64,000 bases of DNA. Origin: an uncultured candidate division Zixibacteria bacterium (GTDB lineage: Bacteria > Zixibacteria > MSB-5A5 > RBG-16-43-9). Numbering within the stretch: position 1 is the first letter of the stretch; each line of letters opens with the position of its first letter. The notes under the pieces were generated by a model. That model saw only the letters and a program-made list of their open reading frames with translations. It searched no databases and was not told the origin of the DNA. The DNA lies in the NCBI GenBank assembly GCA_963713865.1, contig OY970208.1, positions 1,856,001 to 1,920,000 on the forward strand, given 5' to 3'. Positions 9,678-19,327 of the stretch are shown here, in pieces. Both the position numbers and the translations under genes were made by a program.

Positions 9678-11000
9678 ATGTGGAATAATAATCTGAAGCC
9701 CAGAAAAATAATCTTACTCCTCACTGCCTGGCTTTTAATTTTCTTTGCTCTCCAGGCTTTAGGACAGCAGGAGAAGGTTTTGAAATCGCTTACCCTGCAG
9801 AATGCAGAGGTTCATTCGGTTATGAGCTTCTTAGCTGAAGAGGGCAGAACCAATATCGTTGTCGCTCCTACGGTATCAGGAACTGTTACCTTAAGCCTGA
9901 AGGGAGTTACCTGGAGGCAGGCACTGGAAATAGTTACCAAAACTTATAATCTGGCTACGGTAGAGGAACCAGGTTATATCAGAGTACTTCCCCTGCAGGA
10001 TTATATGAATGAATTGACCATTACCCAAAAACATGAGGCTGATCAGAAAACTTTAGTTAGCTTACAGACTGAGATAATCCCAGTGAAAAATGGCACAGCG
10101 GCTGACCTGATTAAACCTCTTAAAGCTTCTCTTTCCGAAAGAGGGACTGTGGATGTGGACCAGAGAACAAATTCTCTTGTCGTCCGGGATATCCCGGAGA
10201 ATGTTGCCCGGGCAAAAGAAATGGTTAAGGCTTTAGACACAGAGACGGACCAGATAAAAATTTCTGCTCAACTTTTAGAAGTGGAAACAGGCTTATTAAA
10301 TGAATTAGGAGTTGACTGGTCAGTCATCCCCAGTTTAAAGGGAAGTGCTGATGGGACCATACATAGTGAGATGGAAATCAATCAGAAAGGGAACCAGCTC
10401 GCAGATGAGGATAAGATTGGTAACTTTACATACAGTACTGTTCAAAAGGATTTTAACCTGGATGCAACTGTTTCAGCTATGGTAAAAAACAATAAAGCCA
10501 AGATGGTCGCTCATCCTGAGATTACCACTTTGGATAACAAAGAAGCATTTATTCAGATGGGTCAAAAGGTTCCTATCAAACAATTCGATGCCTCCGGAAA
10601 TACAGTTATAACATTTGTTGAGGTTGGAACTATCCTAAGGGTTGTTCCTCATATAACCTCTGAGGGAAGAATATTAATGAAGCTCAGTCCAGAGAGGAGC
10701 TCTTATCAGTATGACGCCAATGGCGTGATTATCAATACAAATAACGCCGAGACCAACGTGGTTGTAGATGATGGGCAGACCGCAGTGATCGGAGGATTAA
10801 CCACCCAGGAAGAGACAAAGCTGCAGAAAGGCATTCCAATACTTAAGAATATTCCGTTGCTAGGATACCTGTTCAGTTATACTAAAAAAGAGATCGTGAA
10901 TCATGACCTGGTTATCTTCGTGACTCCGACTGTAGTTACCAGCGAGCTGAAGGGGTTAAAATCCAGCCTGGACACAAGAGCAGGTGCTAAGTCTGAATAA
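9678..11000 (+). CDS. pilQ: Type IV pilus secretin PilQ (no AMIN domains)
   Basis: N0 (V.L.LKGVTWRQAL), N3 (VDQRTNSLVV), secretin motifs VDDGQTAVIGGL, GIPILKNIPLLGYLF, LVIFVTP. Confidence 0.92.
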   Translation: MWNNNLKPRKIILLLTAWLLIFFALQALGQQEKVLKSLTLQNAEVHSVMSFLAEEGRTNIVVAPTVSGTVTLSLKGVTWRQALEIVTKTYNLATVEEPGYIRVLPLQDYMNELTITQKHEADQKTLVSLQTEIIPVKNGTAADLIKPLKASLSERGTVDVDQRTNSLVVRDIPENVARAKEMVKALDTETDQIKISAQLLEVETGLLNELGVDWSVIPSLKGSADGTIHSEMEINQKGNQLADEDKIGNFTYSTVQKDFNLDATVSAMVKNNKAKMVAHPEITTLDNKEAFIQMGQKVPIKQFDASGNTVITFVEVGTILRVVPHITSEGRILMKLSPERSSYQYDANGVIINTNNAETNVVVDDGQTAVIGGLTTQEETKLQKGIPILKNIPLLGYLFSYTKKEIVNHDLVIFVTPTVVTSELKGLKSSLDTRAGAKSE

Positions 11001-11022
11001 GACCTAAACCCATCTTTTTTCT

Positions 11023-11052
11023 AAAGGCTTCCTTCTTGAGAAGGAAGCCTTT
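11023..11052. terminator. Bidirectional intrinsic terminator
   Basis: aaaggcttccttc-ttga-gaaggaagccttt hairpin between convergent pilQ and Ntn-hydrolase genes. Confidence 0.85.
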
Positions 11053-12267
11053 TTATTTTCTAATTAATTCTTTTAATTGCCCAATTTGTTGCTTTGCAAA
11101 AAAATTGTCAGGGTTTATCTCAACTGATTTTTCATAATTAGCTAATGCTAGTTCGAATTGCTTGTTTTTTATATACGCATCAGCTAAAATATCATATGCA
11201 TTCCAAGATTTGGGAGATGCCTTTACATTTAATTTAAAAACAGATATTGCTGCTACATATTTCTTTTTGTCTAACCAAGCAGTACCAATTTCATTAATTT
11301 TATCTTCAAATTTACAAATCAACTTTACATCCTTACAAAAAAGGGTGTTAACAACATTACTATATCTTACGGAATCATTTACGATGTCTTCATTTTTGAA
11401 TAAGTCTATCTCATTACTTATTTCATTGTAATCATTTAAAAATTCCATCCCTTTGTTATTCCCGGGAAATAGTTTGGGAATAACCAGAATATGATCACCC
11501 TTTTCAAATTCTTGAGTTAAATTAAATTTCACAACATAATTATAATCATGAAAGGAATATAAATAGATAATACCATCTTTCAAATCATACAAGGTTGTAT
11601 ATAGTGTTCCTCCTCCCCATTTCGTTTCCTGATGCATCGTGTCCATTACAGAAGCACAGAAGCTAATGCTTGTATCCCTACAACTTTCTAATAATCTTTT
11701 TCCTTTTTGATAGATAGGAATATTAATTTTGCTTTCGTCTTTAACTTGAGAAGGATAGAAATTTGATAAAACATAATATTGATTATTTCCAGAGATGAGC
11801 GAATCTCCTTCAACAATAAGGTATTTGCCTGTTTTATCGATAAATAAAAACATAGATGTTTCCAAACCAGTTAAATTGTATTGGGCAAAATATTTTTTTA
11901 CATCATCAACAGTAGTACATTTTTTCATTATATCTTTTAAAAAATCTGCCTTAAGCTCTTTTTTACCCAAGGTATCATTTATAGCTAAATATGGCATTGC
12001 GAAACCATCAAATACAAGACCGGCCTGATTCATCCCTCCTTGCGGCCAAAAATCATTATATCCAACAAAGGCGACTCCATATTCATGGCCTTTTCCTCGT
12101 TCAAACCAAATTCGAGTATTTGGATTCCAATAATCTTCATTATTACCAACAATTGTTTTACCATACATTGTTATTTTAAACATGCTACAACCGTATGCAT
12201 TTTGGATTAAAGCAAACGAAAAGATTGAAATTACAAGAAAAATAATAATTAACTTATTTTGTTTCAT
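11053..12267 (-). CDS. Secreted Ntn-hydrolase (choloylglycine hydrolase/C45-like) with C-terminal TPR
   Basis: Signal peptide then C-S-M-F (N-terminal Cys nucleophile), GNNED, GGMNQAGL; C-terminal SWNAYD.LA.AY...A..NYEKSVEINP TPR; lower GC. Confidence 0.8.
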   Translation of the reverse strand: MKQNKLIIIFLVISIFSFALIQNAYGCSMFKITMYGKTIVGNNEDYWNPNTRIWFERGKGHEYGVAFVGYNDFWPQGGMNQAGLVFDGFAMPYLAINDTLGKKELKADFLKDIMKKCTTVDDVKKYFAQYNLTGLETSMFLFIDKTGKYLIVEGDSLISGNNQYYVLSNFYPSQVKDESKINIPIYQKGKRLLESCRDTSISFCASVMDTMHQETKWGGGTLYTTLYDLKDGIIYLYSFHDYNYVVKFNLTQEFEKGDHILVIPKLFPGNNKGMEFLNDYNEISNEIDLFKNEDIVNDSVRYSNVVNTLFCKDVKLICKFEDKINEIGTAWLDKKKYVAAISVFKLNVKASPKSWNAYDILADAYIKNKQFELALANYEKSVEINPDNFFAKQQIGQLKELIRK

Positions 12268-12287
12268 GATCTCAAGTTTCTTGATAA

Positions 12288-12299
12288 ATGGGTGCTAAC
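12288..12299 (-). other. Integron-like core site (GTTAGCA) upstream of Ntn-hydrolase gene
   Basis: Minus strand ...cacactg-GTTAGCACCCAT lies between the integrase remnant and the gene start. Confidence 0.45.
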
Positions 12300-12335
12300 C
12301 AGTGTGTAATGGCATGGTATTTATTTCGCTTTTGA

Positions 12336-12472
12336 CTACTGGATCTCTTGATCCAGTGGACTTGTAATCTTTCCAGGTGTCTGTTTACTGACAGGAGTGT
12401 AAATTTAGCCGTTTCTGAACTAGCATGCCCAAATATTTCCTGAATGTATCTTAAATCCGTTCCACTTTCAAG
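12336..12472 (-). pseudogene. C-terminal remnant of tyrosine recombinase (integron-type integrase-like)
   Basis: Minus strand reads LESGTDLRYIQEIFGHASSETA then (frameshift) IYTPVSKQTPGKITSPLD, matching the box II H..Y region and SPLD ending. Confidence 0.75.
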
Positions 12473-12791
12473 ATCCGTAGATCAGGAACTCTGGCTCTTG
12501 ACCTATGGACTCTGGGTATAATATAATCTATTTAATGAACCATTCCTCTTTTTATAGTATCAGTATAAAATCACTCATGCCCTTAGTCAAGAAAAATATT
12601 TGTGTTTTTGTCCTCCATCATTTACAAATTTCTTCCTGAAGAAAAGATAAGGACATTAATAATAACATTCAAAATGAGATGTGAGAAATATTACTTGAAA
12701 AATTTACGTGACCGAGCAGAAATTATTACGCCGCTGGATGATATCATCCAGTGCGAGCAAGGGTTTCGTTTACGCAGGCTAAAGCCAGCGG

Positions 12792-13136
12792 CTACCTTTG
12801 AGAAGGAGTCCAGAGATAAAGCTCGAAATCTATAATGTCATTTTTGTCGAACTTTAGGCTTTCTCTCCTTATTAGCCCTTTTTGTATTTCGTAACCAGAG
12901 TTTAGTTTCAAAGATATTTTTCCTTCACGGTTGACTACCCTGCGCCAGGGTTATTTATCTTTTCGACTGGATGAATTTAGTATCCATACAACCTGGCGAG
13001 AGGCACAGGGATGACCTGCATAAACTGCAATCTGACCGTAGGGGGCAACTTTACCCTGAGGTATCTTTTTGATGATTTCTTTTACTCGCTGGGTGAAAGA
13101 AAAGGTTTGGGATATTCTTGGTGAAGTCATTTTCAT
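12792..13136 (-). pseudogene. MGMT/Atl (alkyltransferase-like) pseudogene
   Basis: IPQGKVAPYGQIA...RQV; in-frame TAA at 12951-12953 where Leu of LPWHRV is expected, then PWRRVVNREGKIS...YLWTPSQR* to 12792. Confidence 0.8.
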
Positions 13137-13174
13137 TTTAACTAAGCATGAATATCTACTGATATCCTAACTTT

Positions 13175-13275
13175 AGGCATAGGCAAGATGCCTGTGCCAC
13201 CATATTTAGAGTGACTGCAATCTCGGGCGAGGGCGGATTAGCCTGACCCTTGCGACCCTGAAAGGGTTGCGCTAC
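13175..13275. repeat. REP-like hairpins
   Basis: ggcataggcaagatgcctgtgccac and gcgaccctgaaagggttgcgctac. Confidence 0.65.
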
Positions 13276-13440
13276 GAAAGCTTAAGATCAAACGAATTGA
13301 TTAACCTTTAGCCTTCGAAGAAAAATGTGTATAGAGTCACTTTCAAAAAGTCTACTCTTGATTTATTAAGTTGAATGCTAACTTATCAATAACAAGTAAA
13401 TAAATTATCAATTTGTCAATTAAAAAGTCCTCAATTTTTA

Positions 13441-13469
13441 TTGACAAGTTTCTTATTATATACTAAATT
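13441..13469 (+). promoter_or_regulatory. Putative sigma70 promoter of the manC operon
   Basis: TTGACA-17 nt-TAAATT upstream of GGAGG RBS. Confidence 0.5.
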
Positions 13470-13527
13470 GCCTTAGTTTTAAAACTCTTTTCCCGCAGGA
13501 TCCAAATTTGGACCGGAGGTTAAGGAA

Positions 13528-14607
13528 TTGAATTATGCAGTTATTTTAGCTGGTGGGAAGGGGGAGAGGTTCTGGCCTCTTTCCAGGATAGGTCATCCTA
13601 AACAACTGTTAGAGATAACCTCAAATAAAACCATGCTCCAGGAAACTATCGATCGGGTTAGCGATTTTATTCCCATAGAGAAGACCTTGATTGTTACTGG
13701 AGAGAATTTAAAAGATATTATACTGGAGAAGGTAAAAGTATTGAAAGAGAAGAATCTCTTAATTGAACCAGAGGTAAGAAATACCTGTTTGGCTATTGGA
13801 GTTGCAGCGGTCCATCTAAAAAATATCAATCCATCCGCTACAATGGTAGTTCTCTCTTCAGACCATTATATCCAGAACAAAGAAAAACTGCAAAAAGTGC
13901 TAAAAGCTGGCTCAGAAGTAGCCAATCAAGGAGAATATCTCATAACCCTAGGCATAATCCCTACTAGAGCTGAGACTGCTTACGGATATATTGAGTTTTC
14001 AGACCTCTTTACCACCGTGGAAGACATACTGGTTTACCGGATTAACCGTTTTAAGGAGAAGCCAAACCGCATGACAGCTCAGAAATATTATTATGATCGA
14101 AAACATCTCTGGAACAGCGGGATATTTATATGGACTGCAGATACAATCCTTAAAACATTGCAAAGACATATGCCAGACCTTTATCATGAATTAAATCTAT
14201 ATGCTAAGGAGATAGGTACAAAGAACCAGGTGAATGCACTTAAAGACTTATATTCCAAAGCAGAAAATATATCTATCGATTGTGCAGTTCTGGAAAAAGC
14301 AGATAATGTTTTAACCATAAAAGCGGATTTAATCTGGGATGATATCGGTTCCTGGTTGGCTTTAGAAAGAATCAAGGAAAGGGACCGGGAGAATAACGTG
14401 ATCATAGGAAAAGCGCAAGCGACTAGTACCTATGAAACAACAATCGTCAATGATGGGCCAGGGATAATTGCGACTTTGGGAGTTTCCGATCTGGTTATCG
14501 TTAGAACCAATGATATTGTTTTTGTAGCCCATAAGACCAAAGCTCAGGATATTAAAGAATTACTTCAGAAGTTTGCCTCGGATAAAAATATGGATGAATA
14601 TCTCTAA
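13528..14607 (+). CDS. manC: Mannose-1-phosphate guanylyltransferase
   Basis: VILAGGKGERFWPLSR..PKQ, EP..RNT, FKEKP, WNSGIF, WDDIGSW. Confidence 0.92.
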   Translation: MNYAVILAGGKGERFWPLSRIGHPKQLLEITSNKTMLQETIDRVSDFIPIEKTLIVTGENLKDIILEKVKVLKEKNLLIEPEVRNTCLAIGVAAVHLKNINPSATMVVLSSDHYIQNKEKLQKVLKAGSEVANQGEYLITLGIIPTRAETAYGYIEFSDLFTTVEDILVYRINRFKEKPNRMTAQKYYYDRKHLWNSGIFIWTADTILKTLQRHMPDLYHELNLYAKEIGTKNQVNALKDLYSKAENISIDCAVLEKADNVLTIKADLIWDDIGSWLALERIKERDRENNVIIGKAQATSTYETTIVNDGPGIIATLGVSDLVIVRTNDIVFVAHKTKAQDIKELLQKFASDKNMDEYL

Positions 14608-15280
14608 AGACCAGCTTATTTCTGCGGTGAAAAAAACTGAGATTTTAAAACTCTCTAAGGAAAAACAGCTAAAGAAAATACTCCGACAGGCAACCGAGGT
14701 TATTAAAAAAGGTGGGGTGGTAGCATTTCCCACAGAAACAGTTTATGCCTTAGGGGCGGACGCAATGAACAAGGATGCTGTGAAAAAAATATTTCGCTTA
14801 AAAAGAAGAGGTGCTAACAAACCAATTGCCATCTTTCTTTCAAAACCGGAAGAATTGAGTAAATTCGTTAAAGTCATAACTTCTCCAGCTAAAAGATTGA
14901 TAAAATATTTTTGGCCCGGACCTTTAACTTTAATCTTTAAATCAAAACCTGGAAAGCTGATTTATCTAACTGGTAAAGAAGAGAAAATAGGGATTAGGGT
15001 TTCTTCTTCAAAGACAGTCCAATCTCTTTTACGCCAAACCAAAACACCTCTTACCGCTACCAGTGCTAATTTGTCAGGGCTGAAAGGGTCGCTTTCTGCT
15101 TTTGAAGTCTTGAAAGGTTTTAGCGGGAAAATAGCGCTTGTCTTGGATGGAGGTCCTTCAGAGGAAGCCGCTCCATCAAGCGTAGTCGATGTCTGCGGAG
15201 ATACACCAATTCTAATTAGAGAAGGGCGTATCTCTTTTGAGGAAATAAAAAAAATAGCTCCGGAGTTGAAAAGAAAATAA
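14573..15280 (+). CDS. tsaC: L-threonylcarbamoyladenylate synthase (Sua5/YrdC); true start may be slightly downstream
   Basis: AFPTETVYALG, KRR..NKP, FWPGPLTLI, TSANLSG, SSVVD. Confidence 0.9.
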   Translation: MPRIKIWMNISKDQLISAVKKTEILKLSKEKQLKKILRQATEVIKKGGVVAFPTETVYALGADAMNKDAVKKIFRLKRRGANKPIAIFLSKPEELSKFVKVITSPAKRLIKYFWPGPLTLIFKSKPGKLIYLTGKEEKIGIRVSSSKTVQSLLRQTKTPLTATSANLSGLKGSLSAFEVLKGFSGKIALVLDGGPSEEAAPSSVVDVCGDTPILIREGRISFEEIKKIAPELKRK

Positions 15281-15297
15281 TAAATGGCTTAATAGAT

Positions 15298-15807
15298 ATG
15301 GAGAACAAGAAGTCTGAATTCAAGATCTTATTCGTCTGTACGGGAAATACCTGTCGCAGCCCAATGGCAGAGGGGATCTTAAAGAAGCTCTTGGCTGAAA
15401 GAGGAATGAAAAATATCCAGGTGAGCTCAGCCGGGATTTCTGCTCTGGATGGCTATCCGGCGGCTTTATTTGCGATTGAAGCTGCCAAAGTTTGGGAGAT
15501 AAATTTGGAAGAGCATTACTCCAGAAAACTGACTCCGGATATGCTGAAAGAATCAGACCTGATCCTGGTTATGTCTAAAGAACATTTAAAACATATCGAG
15601 AAGGTGGATCGAAAATCTTTGGAGAAAAGTTATCTGCTGAAAGCGTTTCCTCTTAGAAATGAAGATGATAATTTAGCCATTAAAGACCCGATTGGCTGTT
15701 CCTTAGAAGAATATAATCAATGTTTTTTTGAATTAGATGAGGAGATTAAGAGAATCCTTCCTGAAATTATCAGTCTCTACGAGAAAAAAAATGAGAAAGA
15801 AGAATAA
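15298..15807 (+). CDS. Low molecular weight protein (arginine/tyrosine) phosphatase
   Basis: FVCTGNTCRSPMAE P-loop, DPIG. Confidence 0.9.
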   Translation: MENKKSEFKILFVCTGNTCRSPMAEGILKKLLAERGMKNIQVSSAGISALDGYPAALFAIEAAKVWEINLEEHYSRKLTPDMLKESDLILVMSKEHLKHIEKVDRKSLEKSYLLKAFPLRNEDDNLAIKDPIGCSLEEYNQCFFELDEEIKRILPEIISLYEKKNEKEE

Positions 15808-16741
15808 AACTTCTATTCTTGTAGAATCCGTTATTCTATCTTCATTTTTAATTCTCATTTTTATACCGGAATCTTTTAAGGATATGGAAGCTCAAGAGGT
15901 TAAGGGAGAAAATTCAGATTTGAGAGATACGCTTAGATTGAGAGATACTCTCATGGAAACTCAAGAAGTCGAGAGAGAAAGCTCAGGTTTGATCGATACT
16001 CTTACGTTTAAAGATACCCTTTCGGTTCCTATCATGAAGGACACTTTAAAAACAGAAAGGAACGTAACTAACCTTTCATTTGGAGTAGGGGAGAAGTTAG
16101 AGTTTAAAGTCAGGTGGGGACCTATAAAAGCCGGTAATGCAACTATGGAGATAACTGAGATAATAGAATTCCAGGGGAAAAAATGTTTCAGAGTTGTCTC
16201 CACGGCTGGATCAAGTAAGTTCTTCTCCGCTTTCTTTAAGGTTAGAGATCGCGTGGAATCTTTTATAGATAAAGAGGGACTTTATTCACTCCATTTTGAA
16301 AAACATATAAGGGAGGGTAAATTCAAAGCAGATAAATTTGTGGATTTTGATCAACAAAATCATTTAGCCATAGCCGGAAATGATACCATACCGGTCCCGC
16401 CTTTTGTTCAGGATGTTCTCTCCGCTTTATATTATGTCCGAACTCAGCAGTTGGAAGTAGGAAAATCTTTATTTGTTGACAATCACACGGATAAAAAAAA
16501 CTACCCTTTAGAGGTTAAAGTTTTAAAAAAAGAGAGAGTAGAAGTGGATGCAGGAACTTTCGACTGCCTGGTGGTTCAGCCGATCCTGCAAGCTGCAGGA
16601 GTTTTTGAACAAAAAGGTACTTTAACTGTCTGGCTGACTGATGACCAGAAGAAGATGCCGGTTCAGATGAAAAGCAAGGTAGCTATCGGCTCCATAACCA
16701 CAGAGTTGAAAGATTATCGTTTGGGAAGAATAGGAGAATAA
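15791..16741 (+). CDS. DUF3108-like exported protein
   Basis: F.VGEKL.F.V.WG.IKAG.A, D.LSALYYVR, V.AG.FDC, VWLTDD..KMPV; ATG 15791 preferred to ORF-track 15737. Confidence 0.7.
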   Translation: MRKKNKTSILVESVILSSFLILIFIPESFKDMEAQEVKGENSDLRDTLRLRDTLMETQEVERESSGLIDTLTFKDTLSVPIMKDTLKTERNVTNLSFGVGEKLEFKVRWGPIKAGNATMEITEIIEFQGKKCFRVVSTAGSSKFFSAFFKVRDRVESFIDKEGLYSLHFEKHIREGKFKADKFVDFDQQNHLAIAGNDTIPVPPFVQDVLSALYYVRTQQLEVGKSLFVDNHTDKKNYPLEVKVLKKERVEVDAGTFDCLVVQPILQAAGVFEQKGTLTVWLTDDQKKMPVQMKSKVAIGSITTELKDYRLGRIGE

Positions 16742-16746
16742 TAAAA

Positions 16747-17688
16747 ATGTCTCTTTATAAACAGATAGACTTATCCAAGATTAAAACTATTCCCATCTCA
16801 GTAAGAAAAAGTAAATCTCTGGTGAAAGACTTTGCACAACCAACCTCCAATATGGAAGGTATAGAGGATTTTTTGAATAGACTACCCAATTACTTGAAAG
16901 CCAGCGAGTTCAAGTCATTATTTAAAGCTATTAATCAAGCTAAAATAAAAAACAAGCCCGTGATTTTTATGTTCGGAGCTCATATAATCAAATTAGGACT
17001 TTCATCAATTGTAATAGATTTGATGAAAAACAAGTTTATCAGCTTTCTTTCAACCAATGGAGCAGGAGCAATCCATGATTTCGAAATAGCAGTTTGGGGA
17101 AAAACATCTGAGCAGGTAGAAGAAGGTTTAAAAAAGGGGAGTTTTGGGATGGTAGAGGAAACCTCCAGGCTATTTAATCAGATTTCAAAATGTGCGGTTA
17201 GAGCCGGGCAGGGATTAGGTGAGAGCATTGGTGAGTATCTAATCAAGAATAAAGCCAAGTTCAGAAAATATAGTCTTTTTGCCACAGCTTATCAGTTTAA
17301 AATTCCGGTTACCGTGCATATAGGTATAGGGACAGATATCGTTCATCAATCACCGTATTTCGACCCGGCTGCAACCGGTGAAGCTACTTTTACTGATTTT
17401 AAAATCTTAGCGGACGAGCTCTCAAGATTAAATAATGGCGGCGTAGTTCTGCATTTTGGCTCCGCCGTAATCCTTCCTGAAGTTTTTCTAAAAGCTTTAT
17501 CCGTAGCACGCAACATTAAAGGGAAGGTGGAAAATTTCACCACTGCTAATTTCGATATGATCCAGCATTATCGTCCTAATATGAACGTGGTCTTAAGGCC
17601 TACTCAAAATAGTGGCAAGGGATACTCTTTTACCGGTCACCACGAGATTATGTTGCCTCTTTTAGCCTGGGCATTAAAAGGGAAGTGA
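16747..17688 (+). CDS. Conserved hypothetical protein with deoxyhypusine-synthase-like NAD-binding fold
   Basis: GAHIIK.G, TNGAG.IHDFE, H..IGTDI.H, GSAV.LPEVF.KA, GHHEIM.PLL. Confidence 0.6.
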   Translation: MSLYKQIDLSKIKTIPISVRKSKSLVKDFAQPTSNMEGIEDFLNRLPNYLKASEFKSLFKAINQAKIKNKPVIFMFGAHIIKLGLSSIVIDLMKNKFISFLSTNGAGAIHDFEIAVWGKTSEQVEEGLKKGSFGMVEETSRLFNQISKCAVRAGQGLGESIGEYLIKNKAKFRKYSLFATAYQFKIPVTVHIGIGTDIVHQSPYFDPAATGEATFTDFKILADELSRLNNGGVVLHFGSAVILPEVFLKALSVARNIKGKVENFTTANFDMIQHYRPNMNVVLRPTQNSGKGYSFTGHHEIMLPLLAWALKGK

Positions 17689-17715
17689 GACGTGAGATGT
17701 GAGAAGAGACAAAAC

Positions 17716-17774
17716 TGGAGTGTAAAGCTTAGCTTTGCCTATTCATCCTGGTAAACCTTAAGGTTTACACTCCA
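17716..17774. repeat. TGGAG-tagged inverted hairpin pair
   Basis: tggagtgtaaagcttagctttgcc...ggtaaaccttaaggtttacactcca; related copies near 25599, 36315, 37918-38059, 39386-39594. Confidence 0.75.
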
Positions 17775-17803
17775 ATATAAAATACAAAAGAAAGGAAGAT
17801 AGA

Positions 17804-19327
17804 ATGGCAAGGTTAGTCGAATGTGTTCCAAATTTCAGTGAAGGGAGAAGGGCTGAGGTGATCGAAGCTATTTTAGCTGAGATCAAATCGGTCGAGGGAG
17901 TTATGCTTTTAGACAGGGAGATGGACAAAGACCATAACCGGGCAGTTATTACCCTGGTAGGAAGTCCTCAAGCGGTTAAAAATGCCGCCTTTAAAGCAAT
18001 AGCTAAAGCATCACAGTTAATAGATATGGATCAACATAAGGGAGAACATCCCCGGATGGGAGCAACGGACGTAGTTCCATTTGTCCCTATTTCCGGAGTG
18101 ACTATAGATGATTGTATAAACTTAGCTAAAGAGTTAGGTAAAGAAGTAGGGGAGAAATTAGGAATACCAGTTTATCTTTACGAAGCTGCGGCTGCTCGTC
18201 CGGATAGAGTGAACTTAGCTGAGGTGCGCAAAGGAGAATATGAAGGACTAAAAAAGGAGATAGAAACCAACCCCGAAAGAAAGCCAGATTTTGGGCTCTC
18301 TAAACTATCTAAAGCTGGTGCGACTGCTATCGGTGCCAGGATGCCCTTGATAGCTTTTAACGTCTACCTGGGAACCAGGGACGTAAGCATAGCCAGAAAA
18401 ATAGCTAAAGGAATCAGGTTTTCCACTGGAGGGTTTAGATATGTAAAAGCTTTAGGGTTTGAGATTAAAGAGCGGGGCCTGGTTCAGGTTTCAATGAATT
18501 TAGTCAACTATAAAGAATCCCCTATCTTCAGAGTATTTGAGGTAATTAAAAAAGAAGCAGAGAGATATTCTGTGCCTGTAATCTCAAGCGAGATTGTAGG
18601 TTTAACCCCGATGGAAGCTCTTTTAGATGTCTCTGATTTTTATCTGAAGTTAGAAAATTTTAAAAAAGACCAGATCTTAGAAAATAAACTGATGACCTTT
18701 TCCGAAAAACAGAAATCCGGCTTTTCTGATTTTATGGATGAAGTATCTGCAGGTACACCTGTGCCCGGCGGTGGAAGTGTGGCTGCCTCCTCCGGTGCTA
18801 TGGGAGCGAGTTTAGTTTCGATGGTTTGCAGGCTAACTATGGGAAAGAAAAAGTATCAGGATTTTGAAGAAGAGCTTAAAAAAGTCCTGGAGGAATCAGA
18901 AAAACTTCGCAAGGATTTGAAAGAGTTAATCATAAAAGATGGCGAGAGTTTTCTCAAAGTATTAGATAGTTTTAAACTATCCCAGAACACGCCTGAAGAA
19001 CAAAATAGAAGGCTGGCAGCCATTCAGGAAGCTTACAAAGAGGCAGCCTTAGTACCTTTTAAAACTATGGAAAAGTCCTCAGAGGTGCTAAAGCTCAGTC
19101 GGATTGTAGTAGAAAAAGGAAATGTCAATACCATAAGTGATGCTGGCGCGTCAGCCCTTATGGCAAAAAGTGCTTTAGAGGGTGCTCTTATGAATGTTAA
19201 GATAAATCTTAAATCAATAGAGGATCACCAATTCGTTACCGGTCTAAAAGAAAAAACAGAATTAATACTTTTAGAAGCTAACAAACTCAAAGAAGAGATC
19301 GATGGACTTCTGCAGGAGAAACTATAA
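17804..19327 (+). CDS. ftcd: Glutamate formiminotransferase / formiminotetrahydrofolate cyclodeaminase (bifunctional)
   Basis: LVECVPNFSEGR, D.DHNR, H.GEHPRMGATDVVPF, QVSMNL; C-terminal PGGGSVAA cyclodeaminase domain. Confidence 0.92.
   Translation: MARLVECVPNFSEGRRAEVIEAILAEIKSVEGVMLLDREMDKDHNRAVITLVGSPQAVKNAAFKAIAKASQLIDMDQHKGEHPRMGATDVVPFVPISGVTIDDCINLAKELGKEVGEKLGIPVYLYEAAAARPDRVNLAEVRKGEYEGLKKEIETNPERKPDFGLSKLSKAGATAIGARMPLIAFNVYLGTRDVSIARKIAKGIRFSTGGFRYVKALGFEIKERGLVQVSMNLVNYKESPIFRVFEVIKKEAERYSVPVISSEIVGLTPMEALLDVSDFYLKLENFKKDQILENKLMTFSEKQKSGFSDFMDEVSAGTPVPGGGSVAASSGAMGASLVSMVCRLTMGKKKYQDFEEELKKVLEESEKLRKDLKELIIKDGESFLKVLDSFKLSQNTPEEQNRRLAAIQEAYKEAALVPFKTMEKSSEVLKLSRIVVEKGNVNTISDAGASALMAKSALEGALMNVKINLKSIEDHQFVTGLKEKTELILLEANKLKEEIDGLLQEKL

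Noticed and set aside
12602-12835. 77-aa + strand ORF
   Set aside because: No recognisable motif; runs through a REP hairpin and antisense to the atl pseudogene end.
12951-12953. Stop-codon recoding or alternative genetic code
   Set aside because: Single in-frame TAA in a gene with other degenerate motifs; TAA, TAG and TGA all act as normal stops elsewhere in the window.
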